A stretch of 64,000 nt of DNA from Candidatus Velesiimonas alkalicola. Lineage in GTDB: Bacteria; Omnitrophota; Gorgyraeia; Velesiimonadales; Velesiimonadaceae. Position numbers and translations under genes: made by a program. The DNA is taken from the NCBI GenBank assembly GCA_013626165.1, contig NDHX01000009.1, positions 2,007-66,006 of the forward strand, read 5' to 3'. Shown piece after piece: positions 40,137-50,112 of this stretch; the stretch's first letter is position 1, and each line of letters opens with the position of its first letter. The notes under the pieces were generated by a model. That model did not search any database. It was not told where the DNA came from and was given only the letters and a program-made list of their open reading frames with translations.

Positions 40137-40622
40137 TTATTTGATTAAGTCCTCAATATTAACGTCTAATGCCTTGGCTATTTTAGTCATAACAAACACC
40201 GATGGTTTTTTAATTACGCCGGTTTCAATTTTAGTAAGGATAGTATAGGGAACATCCGCCTTTCTCGCAAATTCGTCCTGTGAAAGTTCTTTAAGACTTA
40301 AAACTCTGAATCTTGGGTCACCTGTTGCAGACTCTACTGCCATTTCTTGAACAGTTTGATAAAGCGGCTTTGATGTAATGATATTTCCCACACACCCTCT
40401 TAACTCTTTATTTAAACGAAGCGTAACAAAGGCACCGCAGAGTGTTCTTAAAAGTTTCGGGTCTTTCTCTTTCATATTTTTAATTTTTCCAGTTTTTAGA
40501 CAGATTTCAATACCTTCTCTTGCAATCTTTAAAAGTTTTTCTTTTTGCTGTTCACTTAAGGAAACAAGGTTCTGGTCTTTTAGAGACTTTTCAAAAAAAT
40601 AACTGAGCCATAACCCACACAA
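40137..40622 (-). CDS. chimeric ORF: N-terminal ~100 aa of an AMMECR1-domain protein fused in frame to a C-terminal XRE-type HTH
   Basis: …GAFVTLRLNKELRGCVGNI…ATGDPRF is the AMMECR1 core; …LSQDEFARKADVPYTILTKIETGVIKKPSVFVMTKIAKALDVNIEDLIK is HTH_XRE; stop abuts M2 start. Confidence 0.55.
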   Translation of the reverse strand: MCGLWLSYFFEKSLKDQNLVSLSEQQKEKLLKIAREGIEICLKTGKIKNMKEKDPKLLRTLCGAFVTLRLNKELRGCVGNIITSKPLYQTVQEMAVESATGDPRFRVLSLKELSQDEFARKADVPYTILTKIETGVIKKPSVFVMTKIAKALDVNIEDLIK

Positions 40623-41416
40623 TATTCTCCAATTCTTTGCATTTCCCTTGCTTTACTTGAATTTGTATAATCTAAAACCCTTGCAATAATATTTCCGAAA
40701 TGTTTTGCGGCATAAAGAAGACAGGACATTCCAAAACCGCCACACATATGGGTTTCTTCTGTGAGCATGCTGTTGTAAAATCTTTCAGGCTCAACTTTTT
40801 CGAGAATAGAAAGTGTGTTCTTGTCTGTTTTTTCACATTCTTTATAGTTGTTGCCGTGATACATATCAGAACTTACAACAATAAGACAATTTTTATTTTT
40901 AACTGTTAAAGAAATGCCCTGTCCAAATATATTGCAGGTTTCCTCATCCATAGAACCTACAAGAACAGGAACAATCTTTGTCCTTGGCAAAACTGTTTTT
41001 ATAAATGGGAGCTGAACCTCAACAGAATGTTCTTCTTTGAAAGATGCAGGAATAATTTTAAGTATGCCTTTGCTGTTTTTTATAATCTCCTCTGTTATTT
41101 GTGAGTCTATTTCTATATCCCCTAAGGGAATCTTAAACACCCCCTCTTTTACACAGGAAGCACCCCTTACAGGAAAACGATGCGGAACAGCAAGTATAAT
41201 CACAGTATCAAAATCTTTACCCACAACAGCCTTATATGAAGCACCCATAATATCCCCGCAAAACTCATACCCGGCATGCGCAGATAGGATACCAAAAATC
41301 TTTCCTTCATTTTCAACCTCTTTTGCCTTCCTTAAATATTCGTCTACCCGTTTTTGCAGTTGAACCTTATCTGCAAGATAGAACATATCTGCCACATAGG
41401 GGCCATAGGTTGTCAT
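40580..41416 (-). CDS. MEMO1-family protein (AmmeMemoRadiSam system protein B)
   Basis: MEMO1-like sequence and its conserved pairing with AMMECR1. Confidence 0.7.
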   Translation of the reverse strand: MTTYGPYVADMFYLADKVQLQKRVDEYLRKAKEVENEGKIFGILSAHAGYEFCGDIMGASYKAVVGKDFDTVIILAVPHRFPVRGASCVKEGVFKIPLGDIEIDSQITEEIIKNSKGILKIIPASFKEEHSVEVQLPFIKTVLPRTKIVPVLVGSMDEETCNIFGQGISLTVKNKNCLIVVSSDMYHGNNYKECEKTDKNTLSILEKVEPERFYNSMLTEETHMCGGFGMSCLLYAAKHFGNIIARVLDYTNSSKAREMQRIGEYCVGYGSVIFLKSL

Positions 41417-41454
41417 TTGACATTTATCTATTTGTAATTTGTATCTTCGGGCGC

Positions 41455-41498
41455 CCTCTGGTGCTCTGGTGCTCTGGTGCTCTGGTGCTCTGGTGTTA
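41455..41498. repeat. 8-mer tandem array CTGGTGCT x5
   Basis: ctctggtgctctggtgctctggtgctctggtgctctggtgtt. Confidence 0.7.
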
Positions 41499-41513
41499 GG
41501 GACAGATACGAGG

Positions 41514-42458
41514 CTAAAGGCGGGAGGCCGAAAACTTTTCTCCTACTCTGAGTCTTGCTCCGTTAATAAATTCATTTGCAGAAATTTTATTTTTTGATTC
41601 TAATTGAACTTCCTTCATACGGATGCTTTCATCTGCACATCTAACAATAAAACCTTCTCTATTGAACCCCACTATTGTCCCGGGACAAAACTCATCTGTT
41701 TTTTGATTATAAACATCTGCCTTCCATATTTTTAATATCTTCCCACGAAAAATCGTCCAGGCACAAGGATACAAAACAAGTGCTCGGACCTTGTTATATA
41801 TATCCACCGCCTTTTTATTCCAGTCTATCAGTCCATCTATCTTCCTTATTTTCGGAGCATATGTTGCTTTTGAATCGTCCTGCTGGATATATACTGCCCT
41901 GCCCAATGATATTATATCAAGTGCCTGTATCAGATATTCGCCTGCAATCCTGGAAAGTCTGTGTGCTAACAACAGAGCATCTTCATCCTGCCCGATAGGT
42001 ATAGATTTTTGAAGCAATATATCTCCTGCATCAACCTTTAAGCAAACCTTTTGTATTGTTATGCCTGTGGCAGTATCACCATTAAGTATGGAATGCTGGA
42101 CAGGTGCAGGCCCTCTTAAAACAGGAAGCATAGAAGCATGCACATTTAAAAAAACATTTTTGGGTATCTCTAATACAGGTTGTTTAAATATCTGACCAAA
42201 AGCAATAGATATACAGATATCTGGTCCTAAACTTAAAATTTTTTTTAACGATTCTTTTGAGTTGACATCAGACACTGGCAAGCAATTTAAGCCAGAGTCT
42301 TTTGCAAATTCTTCTACCGGAGCAGGCAGTACTTTTAAATTTCTTCCCCTTGTTTTTGCAAGAGGTGTTATAACGACAATCGGCTTAAATTTTGATTGTG
42401 AAAGTATTTTTAATACTTCAACAGCAAAACAGGAAGAACCGAAAAATACAATTTTCAT
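41514..42458 (-). CDS. fmt: methionyl-tRNA formyltransferase (start MKIVFFG)
   Basis: Formyltransferase N-domain (HASMLP…RG.AP) plus C-terminal Fmt domain. Confidence 0.85.
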   Translation of the reverse strand: MKIVFFGSSCFAVEVLKILSQSKFKPIVVITPLAKTRGRNLKVLPAPVEEFAKDSGLNCLPVSDVNSKESLKKILSLGPDICISIAFGQIFKQPVLEIPKNVFLNVHASMLPVLRGPAPVQHSILNGDTATGITIQKVCLKVDAGDILLQKSIPIGQDEDALLLAHRLSRIAGEYLIQALDIISLGRAVYIQQDDSKATYAPKIRKIDGLIDWNKKAVDIYNKVRALVLYPCAWTIFRGKILKIWKADVYNQKTDEFCPGTIVGFNREGFIVRCADESIRMKEVQLESKNKISANEFINGARLRVGEKFSASRL

Positions 42459-42769
42459 ACATTCCGAAACGAAGAAACCCACCTGGCATATTCTGATGAA
42501 GCACAGACCCTGACAGCAATAATCTCCGGCAGTTCGTAAGGATGAGAAAACTTTATGACCTCTTGCAGAGAATTGAGATTGGCCAAGGTTGTTTTAAATA
42601 TTAAAACCAACTCCTTCTGCTCCTCTATCTTCTTTTTCCACCTGTATATAGACCTTGCCTGTGGAATGATTGACACACAGGCAGTATTTTTTGACCGCAA
42701 ACAGATATAGGCAAGCCTTTTAGCGTCTTTTAAGTTTGAAACAGTGGTTAAAACAATTCCTATCTTCAT
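42455..42769 (-). CDS. cutA: divalent-cation tolerance protein CutA
   Basis: CutA1-like ~100 aa (…SHPYELPEI…). Confidence 0.75.
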   Translation of the reverse strand: MKIGIVLTTVSNLKDAKRLAYICLRSKNTACVSIIPQARSIYRWKKKIEEQKELVLIFKTTLANLNSLQEVIKFSHPYELPEIIAVRVCASSEYARWVSSFRNV

Positions 42770-42972
42770 TGTTGTCTTAAATAAATTTCAAAATCACACT
42801 CCAGTGTCCCTTCCACTATAACATGCCCTTCTCTTGCAAGCCATCCGACGCTCATTAAAACTAATTCTTTTTGTCTTTCTATCCCTTTTATAAGAGCAGA
42901 AAGTTTTGCCCTTCCATGCTGATCAAGATAATGCCATATCTCTCCTGCTGTTATACCAATCTCTGTTATCAT
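42766..42972 (-). CDS. small winged-helix protein (DUF2582-like)
   Basis: 68 aa, …WHYLDQHG…LVLMSVGWLAREGHV. Confidence 0.4.
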   Translation of the reverse strand: MITEIGITAGEIWHYLDQHGRAKLSALIKGIERQKELVLMSVGWLAREGHVIVEGTLECDFEIYLRQQ

Positions 42973-43196
42973 ACCATCTCCTTTTTATTATAACTTTTAC
43001 ACACAGGACACTTAGACATTTCTTTTGAACTATCCCAGTATGTATGTGTGCACACTTGACATTTCCAGATACCAGAAATTATATCTTCTTTTCTTTTCAC
43101 AAACCTTGCTGACCTACAAACCCATAAAAAACTAAAAAAAAGCAACATTGTGCACATAAATATAGAAATAGCAATGGACATATCTATCTCAATCAT
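42969..43196 (-). CDS. small membrane-anchored zinc-ribbon protein
   Basis: TM helix then CQVC…CPVC. Confidence 0.4.
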   Translation of the reverse strand: MIEIDMSIAISIFMCTMLLFFSFLWVCRSARFVKRKEDIISGIWKCQVCTHTYWDSSKEMSKCPVCKSYNKKEMV

Positions 43197-43903
43197 TTTC
43201 CGGCTGCCATATCTTCTATGTTCTCTCTGAACGGACGAGAAACAATTTTTACATAAATAATGCCCGAACGAGGTTTTTTATCTGGGTTGTCAAATATTAA
43301 TCTTTTTACATATTGTAATGCAAGAAGGTCCACAGCCGGGTCTGCACTTGATGATATAACCCTTACAGAATGTGGGATACCATCTTTATCAATAATAAAT
43401 CCCAATCCTACTGTAATATCTCCTTCGTAGTCTTTGCTTAACCACCCTGCATACTTTGGTAAAACAGGCTTATAGATAATATCTATGTCGCCAGCCTCTT
43501 CTATATCAGAGCCTGAAAACAATTCAACCTGCTTTTCAAAAGCCCTGCGACGTAACATTTGGACTACATTTTCAGAGTTTATAAGAAATTTGTTTACATA
43601 GTCTGATTTTTTGCTGTCTGTTTTTGTAATAAGTATATCTTTTTTAATAATTGGTGGACTTTTAACCTCTTCTATAAAGTATGGTTTCTTAACCGCTTTT
43701 TCCCGTCTGATCTGGATACCTGTTATGGTTTCTCCAAGAATGGGCCCGAGGAAAAAAATCTCACTTATCGGAATCCTTTCAACAGCCGACACCTGCACTA
43801 CAACTTTTACGGCATATCCACATAATATATGGAAGGTAAAAGATAAAAAAATAAAAATTGTCAATGAAACAATATTATCTTTTAATCCGGTTATATTCTT
43901 CAT
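43193..43903 (-). CDS. tonB: energy transducer TonB (C-terminal domain)
   Basis: N-terminal TM, C-terminal TonB fold; co-operonic with exbBD. Confidence 0.7.
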   Translation of the reverse strand: MKNITGLKDNIVSLTIFIFLSFTFHILCGYAVKVVVQVSAVERIPISEIFFLGPILGETITGIQIRREKAVKKPYFIEEVKSPPIIKKDILITKTDSKKSDYVNKFLINSENVVQMLRRRAFEKQVELFSGSDIEEAGDIDIIYKPVLPKYAGWLSKDYEGDITVGLGFIIDKDGIPHSVRVISSSADPAVDLLALQYVKRLIFDNPDKKPRSGIIYVKIVSRPFRENIEDMAAGK

Positions 43904-44313
43904 CTCTCAAGCAACTGTTGTGTTGCAATATTAAGCTGGCTGATGTTTTCCTGTCTGCATATATCCCATATTTCAACAACCCTGCCGATAGAAACAGTCC
44001 TGTCGGACTTTATAAGGACAGAAATATTTTTCCTTGCTGCTTCCCTTAGCATAACCCTTAATTCAGACAGTGTTACAACCTTATCCTGAATATAAAGAAC
44101 ATTTTCACCTGTTATTGTTATTACAAGATTTTTCTCATCAAGCACTTCACTTGTAACCGCCCTTGGCAGTCTTACCCTTACGCCGGGTTGAATAATAAAT
44201 GTAGATGTAAGCATGAAAAATATAAGCAACTGAAAGACAACATCTATAAGAGGAGCAATATCTATTGTTCCAAGTTCACCTGTTATAGTTTTTACTCTTC
44301 TCTTAAATCTCAC
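43900..44313 (-). CDS. exbD: biopolymer transport protein ExbD/TolR
   Basis: ExbD-like 137 aa with single TM. Confidence 0.8.
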   Translation of the reverse strand: MRFKRRVKTITGELGTIDIAPLIDVVFQLLIFFMLTSTFIIQPGVRVRLPRAVTSEVLDEKNLVITITGENVLYIQDKVVTLSELRVMLREAARKNISVLIKSDRTVSIGRVVEIWDICRQENISQLNIATQQLLER

Positions 44314-44936
44314 AGGTTCGCCTCTTTTTCTTCAACTACCCTTATCAACTCTACTGAGCTTCTTTCCATATCAAGAACCATCCTGTCTACTAATGCCACA
44401 AGATAATTGTATGCAACCAGTGTCGGTATTGCAACAACAAGCCCTGCAACAGTTGTTGTCAATGCCTCCCATATACCCGCCGCTAACATGCCTGGATTTA
44501 CAGGACTTCCTGCAATTGATTGAATCTCTATTGTTCTAAAACAACGAACCATACCAGTGACAGTTCCTAAAAGTCCCAGAAGTGGTGATATATGAGCAAT
44601 TGTTGCAAGAATCCCAAGATTTTTTTCCATCCGAGGTGTTTCCTGTGAGCCTGCCTCCTCTATGGTTTCTTTTATTTCTTGTTTTGTCTTGTCATGTTTT
44701 AATATACCTGCCTTAAGGATGTGAGCAACAGGGCCTGGTGTGTTTTCACAAACCTCTATCGCCTCTTTTATTGAACCTTTTTTTAAGAGCAATGTGATCT
44801 TTTTTAAAAATTCATCTGTATTTATTCTTGCCCTATAAAGATGATAGAATCTTTCCATAATGATTGCAAGCGCAATGATTGAACAAAGTGCAATCGGATA
44901 CATAACAGGACCACCTTTAATAAACCATGCTATCAT
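44310..44936 (-). CDS. exbB: MotA/TolQ/ExbB proton channel
   Basis: MotA_ExbB signature region (…LGLLGTVTGM…). Confidence 0.8.
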   Translation of the reverse strand: MIAWFIKGGPVMYPIALCSIIALAIIMERFYHLYRARINTDEFLKKITLLLKKGSIKEAIEVCENTPGPVAHILKAGILKHDKTKQEIKETIEEAGSQETPRMEKNLGILATIAHISPLLGLLGTVTGMVRCFRTIEIQSIAGSPVNPGMLAAGIWEALTTTVAGLVVAIPTLVAYNYLVALVDRMVLDMERSSVELIRVVEEKEANL

Positions 44937-44951
44937 TCTTCGCTCTTTCTT

Positions 44952-46172
44952 TTATTTTTTCCCAAGTCCAAACATTGTATGTATGGCGCGGGCCGCTTGC
45001 TCTGCATACCTTTTTTTTATTATACAGGATATCTTAATCTCTGATGTTGATATCATCTTTATATTGATGCCTTCTTTCGCAAATGTCTCAAACATAACAG
45101 CAGCAACCCCTGTATGAGTTTTCATACCGGCGCCTACAATTGAAATTTTTGCAATATCAAGGTCTTCAATTATATCTCCTGCTTTTATTTCTTTTGCTAT
45201 CTTGCAGGACACATCTTTTGCCTTTTTAATATCATTCTTGTGGACAGTAAAAGAAATATCCGTGGTTCCAGTCCTACTTATATTCTGAACTATCATATCA
45301 ACATTTACATTTGCATCTGATAGGTGTCTGAATAGCTTTGCCGCAACACCCTTCCTGTCTGGAACATCACACACGGTAAGTTTTGCCTCATCTTTCTGAA
45401 CTGTAACACCCGTTACAACACTTCCTTCCATATTCTGGACCTCCTCTACAATCAATGTACCCGGTTTTTCATTAAAACTTGACCTTACATCTATTACGAT
45501 ATTGTATTTTTTTGCAAACTCTATAGACCTTGCCTGAAGAACCTGTGCGCCAAGTGATGCCATCTCAAGCATCTCGTCATAACTTATTCTATCAATCTTT
45601 CGTGCATCCGGCACTATCTTTGGGTCCGATGTATATATACCGTTCACATCCGTGTACATCTGGCAACATTGAACATTTAATGCCTTTGCCAGCGCAACTG
45701 CTGTAAGATTGGACCCTCCTCTCCCAAGTGTGGTTATATCATCTTTTTCTGTAGTGCCTTGAAAACCTGCAACAACCACAATCTTCTTTTTTTTAAGTTC
45801 TTCAAGTATCCTTTTAGGTTTTAAAGAAAGTATCTTTGCATTTGTATACGCCCCATCTGTGATAATTCCAACCTGAGCACCTGTTAATGATATTGCGCCT
45901 TCTCCAAGATTATGTATGGCCATTGCAAGCAGTGCAATGCTTACCTGTTCACCTGTGGAAAGAAGCATATCAAGTTCTCTTTGGGGCGGATTTTTTATAA
46001 TCTTTTTTGAAAGCTTAAGAAGATCATCTGTGGTGCTGCCAAGTGCAGACACTACTACAACAACATTTTTCCCGGAACGATAGGATTTAACAACCCTTTC
46101 TGCAACATTCATAATTTTTTTAGCATTTGCCATGCTTGTTCCGCCATATTTTTGAACTACAATTTCTTTCAT
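44952..46172 (-). CDS. lysC: aspartate kinase
   Basis: KYGGTS…, amino-acid kinase fold plus two ACT domains. Confidence 0.9.
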   Translation of the reverse strand: MKEIVVQKYGGTSMANAKKIMNVAERVVKSYRSGKNVVVVVSALGSTTDDLLKLSKKIIKNPPQRELDMLLSTGEQVSIALLAMAIHNLGEGAISLTGAQVGIITDGAYTNAKILSLKPKRILEELKKKKIVVVAGFQGTTEKDDITTLGRGGSNLTAVALAKALNVQCCQMYTDVNGIYTSDPKIVPDARKIDRISYDEMLEMASLGAQVLQARSIEFAKKYNIVIDVRSSFNEKPGTLIVEEVQNMEGSVVTGVTVQKDEAKLTVCDVPDRKGVAAKLFRHLSDANVNVDMIVQNISRTGTTDISFTVHKNDIKKAKDVSCKIAKEIKAGDIIEDLDIAKISIVGAGMKTHTGVAAVMFETFAKEGINIKMISTSEIKISCIIKKRYAEQAARAIHTMFGLGKK

Positions 46173-46184
46173 TTTTTAAAAGTT

Positions 46185-46230
46185 ACCTCCTATCTCCTAC
46201 CTCCTATCTACTATCTACTACCTACTACCC
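46185..46230. repeat. heptamer-type tandem array (CTCCTAT/CTACTAC family) that supplies the lysC Shine-Dalgarno
   Basis: acctcctatctcctacctcctatctactatctactacctactaccc; minus-strand reading …ataggaggtaacttttaaaaaATG. Confidence 0.55.
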
Positions 46231-47429
46231 TTTATCATTTCCCCAATAAGTTCATACCCTTTCTCAATATTATATCCTGTCTTTGCCGCATCGGACTCAT
46301 TAAACCCAAGTCCTGGATTGCAGATGTCTATACCGCTTCCAGCCATTGCAAAACAAACAGGTTCAGAGGTGTGTGTTCTTTTAGACAGCGGCGTTGCATG
46401 GTCAGGAAGGACAAGAAGTCTTGCAGGATTTGCTTTTATGTATTCTATAAAAGGGCCGACTATCATCCTATCAAACCTTTCTATTGCTATAATTTTTTCT
46501 CTTGTATCTCCATTGTGTGATGCCTCATCAGGCGCTTCTACATGTATAAACACAAAATCAGATTTCTTTAAAGATTCAAGCCCTGCGTCTGCCTGGCCTT
46601 TATAGTTTGTATCATAATAGCCGGTTGCTCCTTCAACATTTATAACATCAAGCCCCATTATTCCACCAATCCCTTTTATCAAATCAACACCTGAAATCAC
46701 ACACCCAGAAATACCAAACCTTTCCTTAAAACACATAGGTTGTGCCTTTGTTCCCTGTCCCCATAGCCAGATTGAATTTGCAGGATTTTCTTTTAAGTCA
46801 ATTCTTATTCTGTTTATATCCTGTTTTTCAAGTATAAATGTTGCTAAATTCATTACATCCCGTATTCTTGGTGCATATCTACCTTTGGGAAGATATGGCT
46901 TTATGTGCTTTCCTATTATATCGTGAGGAGGGACACACTTAACCTCACACAGTCCTTTTAATTCTTTCTTATCCCATGTTTTTATAATACAAATGTTTCT
47001 GTAACTTACTCCTTTACAAAATTTTTCAGCATGAGAAGCAAAATCTTTATTAAGTATGTCTATGAGCCTTCCGCCTTCTTCTGTTTTAATATGACCTGCA
47101 CTGTAGTCTACCATTGTTCCATCACTTATTGTTACAAAATTACACCTGAAAATAACTTCATCGTTTTTTGTTTCACATCCTATATGTGCCGCTTCAAGAG
47201 GGCCTCTGCCGGGATACTTTTTTTTAGGATTAAACCCTAATATACTTAAATTTGCAACATCACTTCCTGGTTGCATTCCATGGGGGATGAGTCTAACTGT
47301 TCCCAATATACCATTGCCTGCAACCCAATCCATGTTCGGAGTTCTTGCAACCTGAAGAGGGGTTCTATTTGAAAATTCTTTCAAAGGATAGTCCGCCATC
47401 CCATCACCAACAAGAATAATATATTTCAC
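46218..47429 (-). CDS. apgM: cofactor-independent phosphoglycerate mutase, archaeal-type (ApgM)
   Basis: MKYIILVGDGMADYP… and alkaline-phosphatase-superfamily metal ligands. Confidence 0.8.
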   Translation of the reverse strand: MKYIILVGDGMADYPLKEFSNRTPLQVARTPNMDWVAGNGILGTVRLIPHGMQPGSDVANLSILGFNPKKKYPGRGPLEAAHIGCETKNDEVIFRCNFVTISDGTMVDYSAGHIKTEEGGRLIDILNKDFASHAEKFCKGVSYRNICIIKTWDKKELKGLCEVKCVPPHDIIGKHIKPYLPKGRYAPRIRDVMNLATFILEKQDINRIRIDLKENPANSIWLWGQGTKAQPMCFKERFGISGCVISGVDLIKGIGGIMGLDVINVEGATGYYDTNYKGQADAGLESLKKSDFVFIHVEAPDEASHNGDTREKIIAIERFDRMIVGPFIEYIKANPARLLVLPDHATPLSKRTHTSEPVCFAMAGSGIDICNPGLGFNESDAAKTGYNIEKGYELIGEMIKGSR

Positions 47430-47440
47430 ATTCCTCCTTT

Positions 47441-48853
47441 TTACATACTGGTATCCCCCAGGGCAATTTCTCTTCTATAAAAAAAATAAAACCCAGCCAG
47501 AAACAACGGAATAACCCTTAACATAATAATTGAAAAAAACTGCCTTAGCACATCAAAAAATGATATGAATATTCCGGTTGAAAGATAGCCAGAGGGGTTT
47601 GTTTTGTTTATATCGGGGATTAAAAGAAGTATCCCCTTGAAAAAATATCTTGAGATGTCCCCTAAAACATTTGCTCCTATGCCCACAGGTTTTTGTTCCT
47701 CAGTATGTGTGTGTGCAGGACATCCAGGGCATTGATGAGCTTCCATGAATGCAAGTTCTCTTACAAATCCTGTAGAAAGACTCAGACCATAAATGAATAT
47801 ACATACTGCAATTGCAGTCGGAAAAGAAAATATGCTTCCCGTAATTATACCGATTGTTGAAATAAATGCAATCCCTATAAGAAGAAGTAAAAGCCCCTTA
47901 AAAAAATTAAATGAAAAACCTCCAACAGGTGCCATCACCTCTACACCATCATGCACTGGAAAAAGCACAGTGATATTCAGAGGGTCAATGTTTGCATAAG
48001 AAAGATAAAGCGTATCATTGTCAAGCACCTCTCTTGGGATGTATATCTGGTGGAAGACATCTGCTGCATTAGAAACAGGAATTTCAACAAAATTTCCTTT
48101 TTCTCTTTTCCCCGCAGTCCACACACCTATTAACTGTTGTTTCTGTCCAGTTTCAGTCAACGGCCTTCCTGTGTGAAATTTATATCTTGCAACAATATCA
48201 CCTTTTGGGCTTTTTATGCCTTTTATAATCCATTCTGTTTCATAATTCGGCGGAACTGCTCGGACACTTCTTTCAATAGCTCTTCTTAAATTGTGTCTTA
48301 ATTTTTCTTCTGTAACACCGGGTGGAATCTCTGAGTATTTTTTACGCTGTTCTATTTCTCTTTCAACCAACTTTTCTATATCCATCGGTTGGGGCATAAA
48401 TTTTTTTCTGGAAATAAGTATATCTGCTGCAGAATGCATAGCAGATGTTTCTTTTGCAGGAATTTTTTGTGCAATTTTTATAACAAAATACATAACACAT
48501 CCCATACAGAATACAAGAAACATATTTAAAAACATTATTCCGAGCCATTTGCCGATGAGAATTTCATACCTTCGGACAGGCTTTATATCAACAGTCATTA
48601 TCTGATGCGATGATATGTCTTTACACATTGTTGTGGTTGATAAAAAAATTGTAAGAACACTTAAAAGAAATCCTGCAAGCGAGATTGAATATACAAGGAT
48701 AATCTGTATCCTTCCTTTTTGTGTTCCATCAGACTGAACAGCAAACGGAAATCCTATAACAACAAGGATAAGAAACAATATTATAATAAGAGATATTTTT
48801 AGCCTTATCCCTTGTTTAAGTGTGTTGTGTGCTATAGCAAAGATTCTATTCAT
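47441..48853 (-). CDS. polytopic membrane protein, ABC-2-type permease-like, with large extracytoplasmic loop
   Basis: Multiple TM segments at both ends, central soluble loop; no adjacent ATPase. Confidence 0.4.
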   Translation of the reverse strand: MNRIFAIAHNTLKQGIRLKISLIIILFLILVVIGFPFAVQSDGTQKGRIQIILVYSISLAGFLLSVLTIFLSTTTMCKDISSHQIMTVDIKPVRRYEILIGKWLGIMFLNMFLVFCMGCVMYFVIKIAQKIPAKETSAMHSAADILISRKKFMPQPMDIEKLVEREIEQRKKYSEIPPGVTEEKLRHNLRRAIERSVRAVPPNYETEWIIKGIKSPKGDIVARYKFHTGRPLTETGQKQQLIGVWTAGKREKGNFVEIPVSNAADVFHQIYIPREVLDNDTLYLSYANIDPLNITVLFPVHDGVEVMAPVGGFSFNFFKGLLLLLIGIAFISTIGIITGSIFSFPTAIAVCIFIYGLSLSTGFVRELAFMEAHQCPGCPAHTHTEEQKPVGIGANVLGDISRYFFKGILLLIPDINKTNPSGYLSTGIFISFFDVLRQFFSIIMLRVIPLFLAGFYFFYRREIALGDTSM

Positions 48854-48979
48854 ATTACCCCCTTAGTTTTCACAAGACCCGCCCTTAACGAAAGCGAGGG
48901 ATAAGTTTCACAGGGCCTGCCTCAAGACCTTTTTAATCAAACGGTGTTTCTTAGTTGCAAAAATATGTAAGAGGCTGCT

Positions 48980-49816
48980 TCATTTCAAATTCTTTACCAC
49001 CTCATCAGCCACCGTAAAAGAATGTTCAGGAGAAGGGAATTTACCCTGCTCAACCTCCTGTTTAAAAACTTCTATTCCTTTCCGTATCTGTTCCGAAAGA
49101 ACAACATATTTTTTTGCAAACTTTGGGACAAACCTTTCAAAAAGACCCAACATATCATGTGTTACAAGAACCTGTCCGTCACAACCGCTTCCTGCACCTA
49201 TACCTATGGTCGGAAGAATAATCTTTTTTGTAACAAACTCTGCAACCCTGTCAGGCACACACTCCATAAGCACACAGAAGGCCCCTGCATTCTGTAAAGC
49301 AATAGCAGAGTCAACAAGAGCCTGTGCATCCTTACTATCCTTTCCCTGAACCTTAAATCCTCCAAGCTGTGTCGCGCTCTGGGGAGTAAGCCCGATATGC
49401 GCCATAACGGGTATACCTGTGTCGGTTATTGCCTTAAGAACAGGAACCACTGGCATTCCGCCTTCTATTTTTACAGCATCACAAAAACCCTCTTTTAAGA
49501 ACCTTCCCGCATTCAAGATCGCATCCTGTATTGAGGTTTGATATGATAAAAATGGCATATCCCCAACAATAAATGTCCCTTGTGCCCCGCGTCGGACTGC
49601 CCTGCAATGAACAAGCATCTCATCCATAGTTATAGGAAGTGTATTCTGATGCCCATGCACAACCATAGCAGCAGAATCTCCAACAAGTATTATATCAATA
49701 CCTGACTTTTCAATAAAAGATGCCATAGGATAATCATATGCAGTAAGCATTGTAATTTTTTTACCTTCTTTTTTCCTTTGCAACATCTCAGTAATTGTAA
49801 TTTTTTTTATCTCCAT
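48980..49816 (-). CDS. panB: 3-methyl-2-oxobutanoate hydroxymethyltransferase
   Basis: MLTAYDYPMA…ILVGDS…MPFLSYQ canonical PanB. Confidence 0.9.
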   Translation of the reverse strand: MEIKKITITEMLQRKKEGKKITMLTAYDYPMASFIEKSGIDIILVGDSAAMVVHGHQNTLPITMDEMLVHCRAVRRGAQGTFIVGDMPFLSYQTSIQDAILNAGRFLKEGFCDAVKIEGGMPVVPVLKAITDTGIPVMAHIGLTPQSATQLGGFKVQGKDSKDAQALVDSAIALQNAGAFCVLMECVPDRVAEFVTKKIILPTIGIGAGSGCDGQVLVTHDMLGLFERFVPKFAKKYVVLSEQIRKGIEVFKQEVEQGKFPSPEHSFTVADEVVKNLK

Positions 49817-49842
49817 ATGCCTCCCTCTTTTAAGATAACAGG

Positions 49843-49922
<80 letters not shown>

Positions 49923-50046
49923 TTTTGATACCTTAACACCTCGATATTTCAACGCTTACAGTAGATTATACCATATTTAATCTTAAAATTTCATTTTTTT
50001 TAAAAGAGCCTTGAGCTATAACTTAATCTTTATTAAAAAATTTAAG

Positions 50047-50075
50047 TTGACATTTGTGTTATCCTTTGTTATACT
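50047..50075 (+). promoter_or_regulatory. sigma70-type promoter TTGACA-17-TATACT upstream of phoU
   Basis: ttgaca tttgtgttatcctttgt tatact; ~37 nt before the phoU ATG. Confidence 0.6.
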
Positions 50076-50112
50076 AAAACAAATTTAACTTACATTAACA
50101 CCAAAAATAGGA

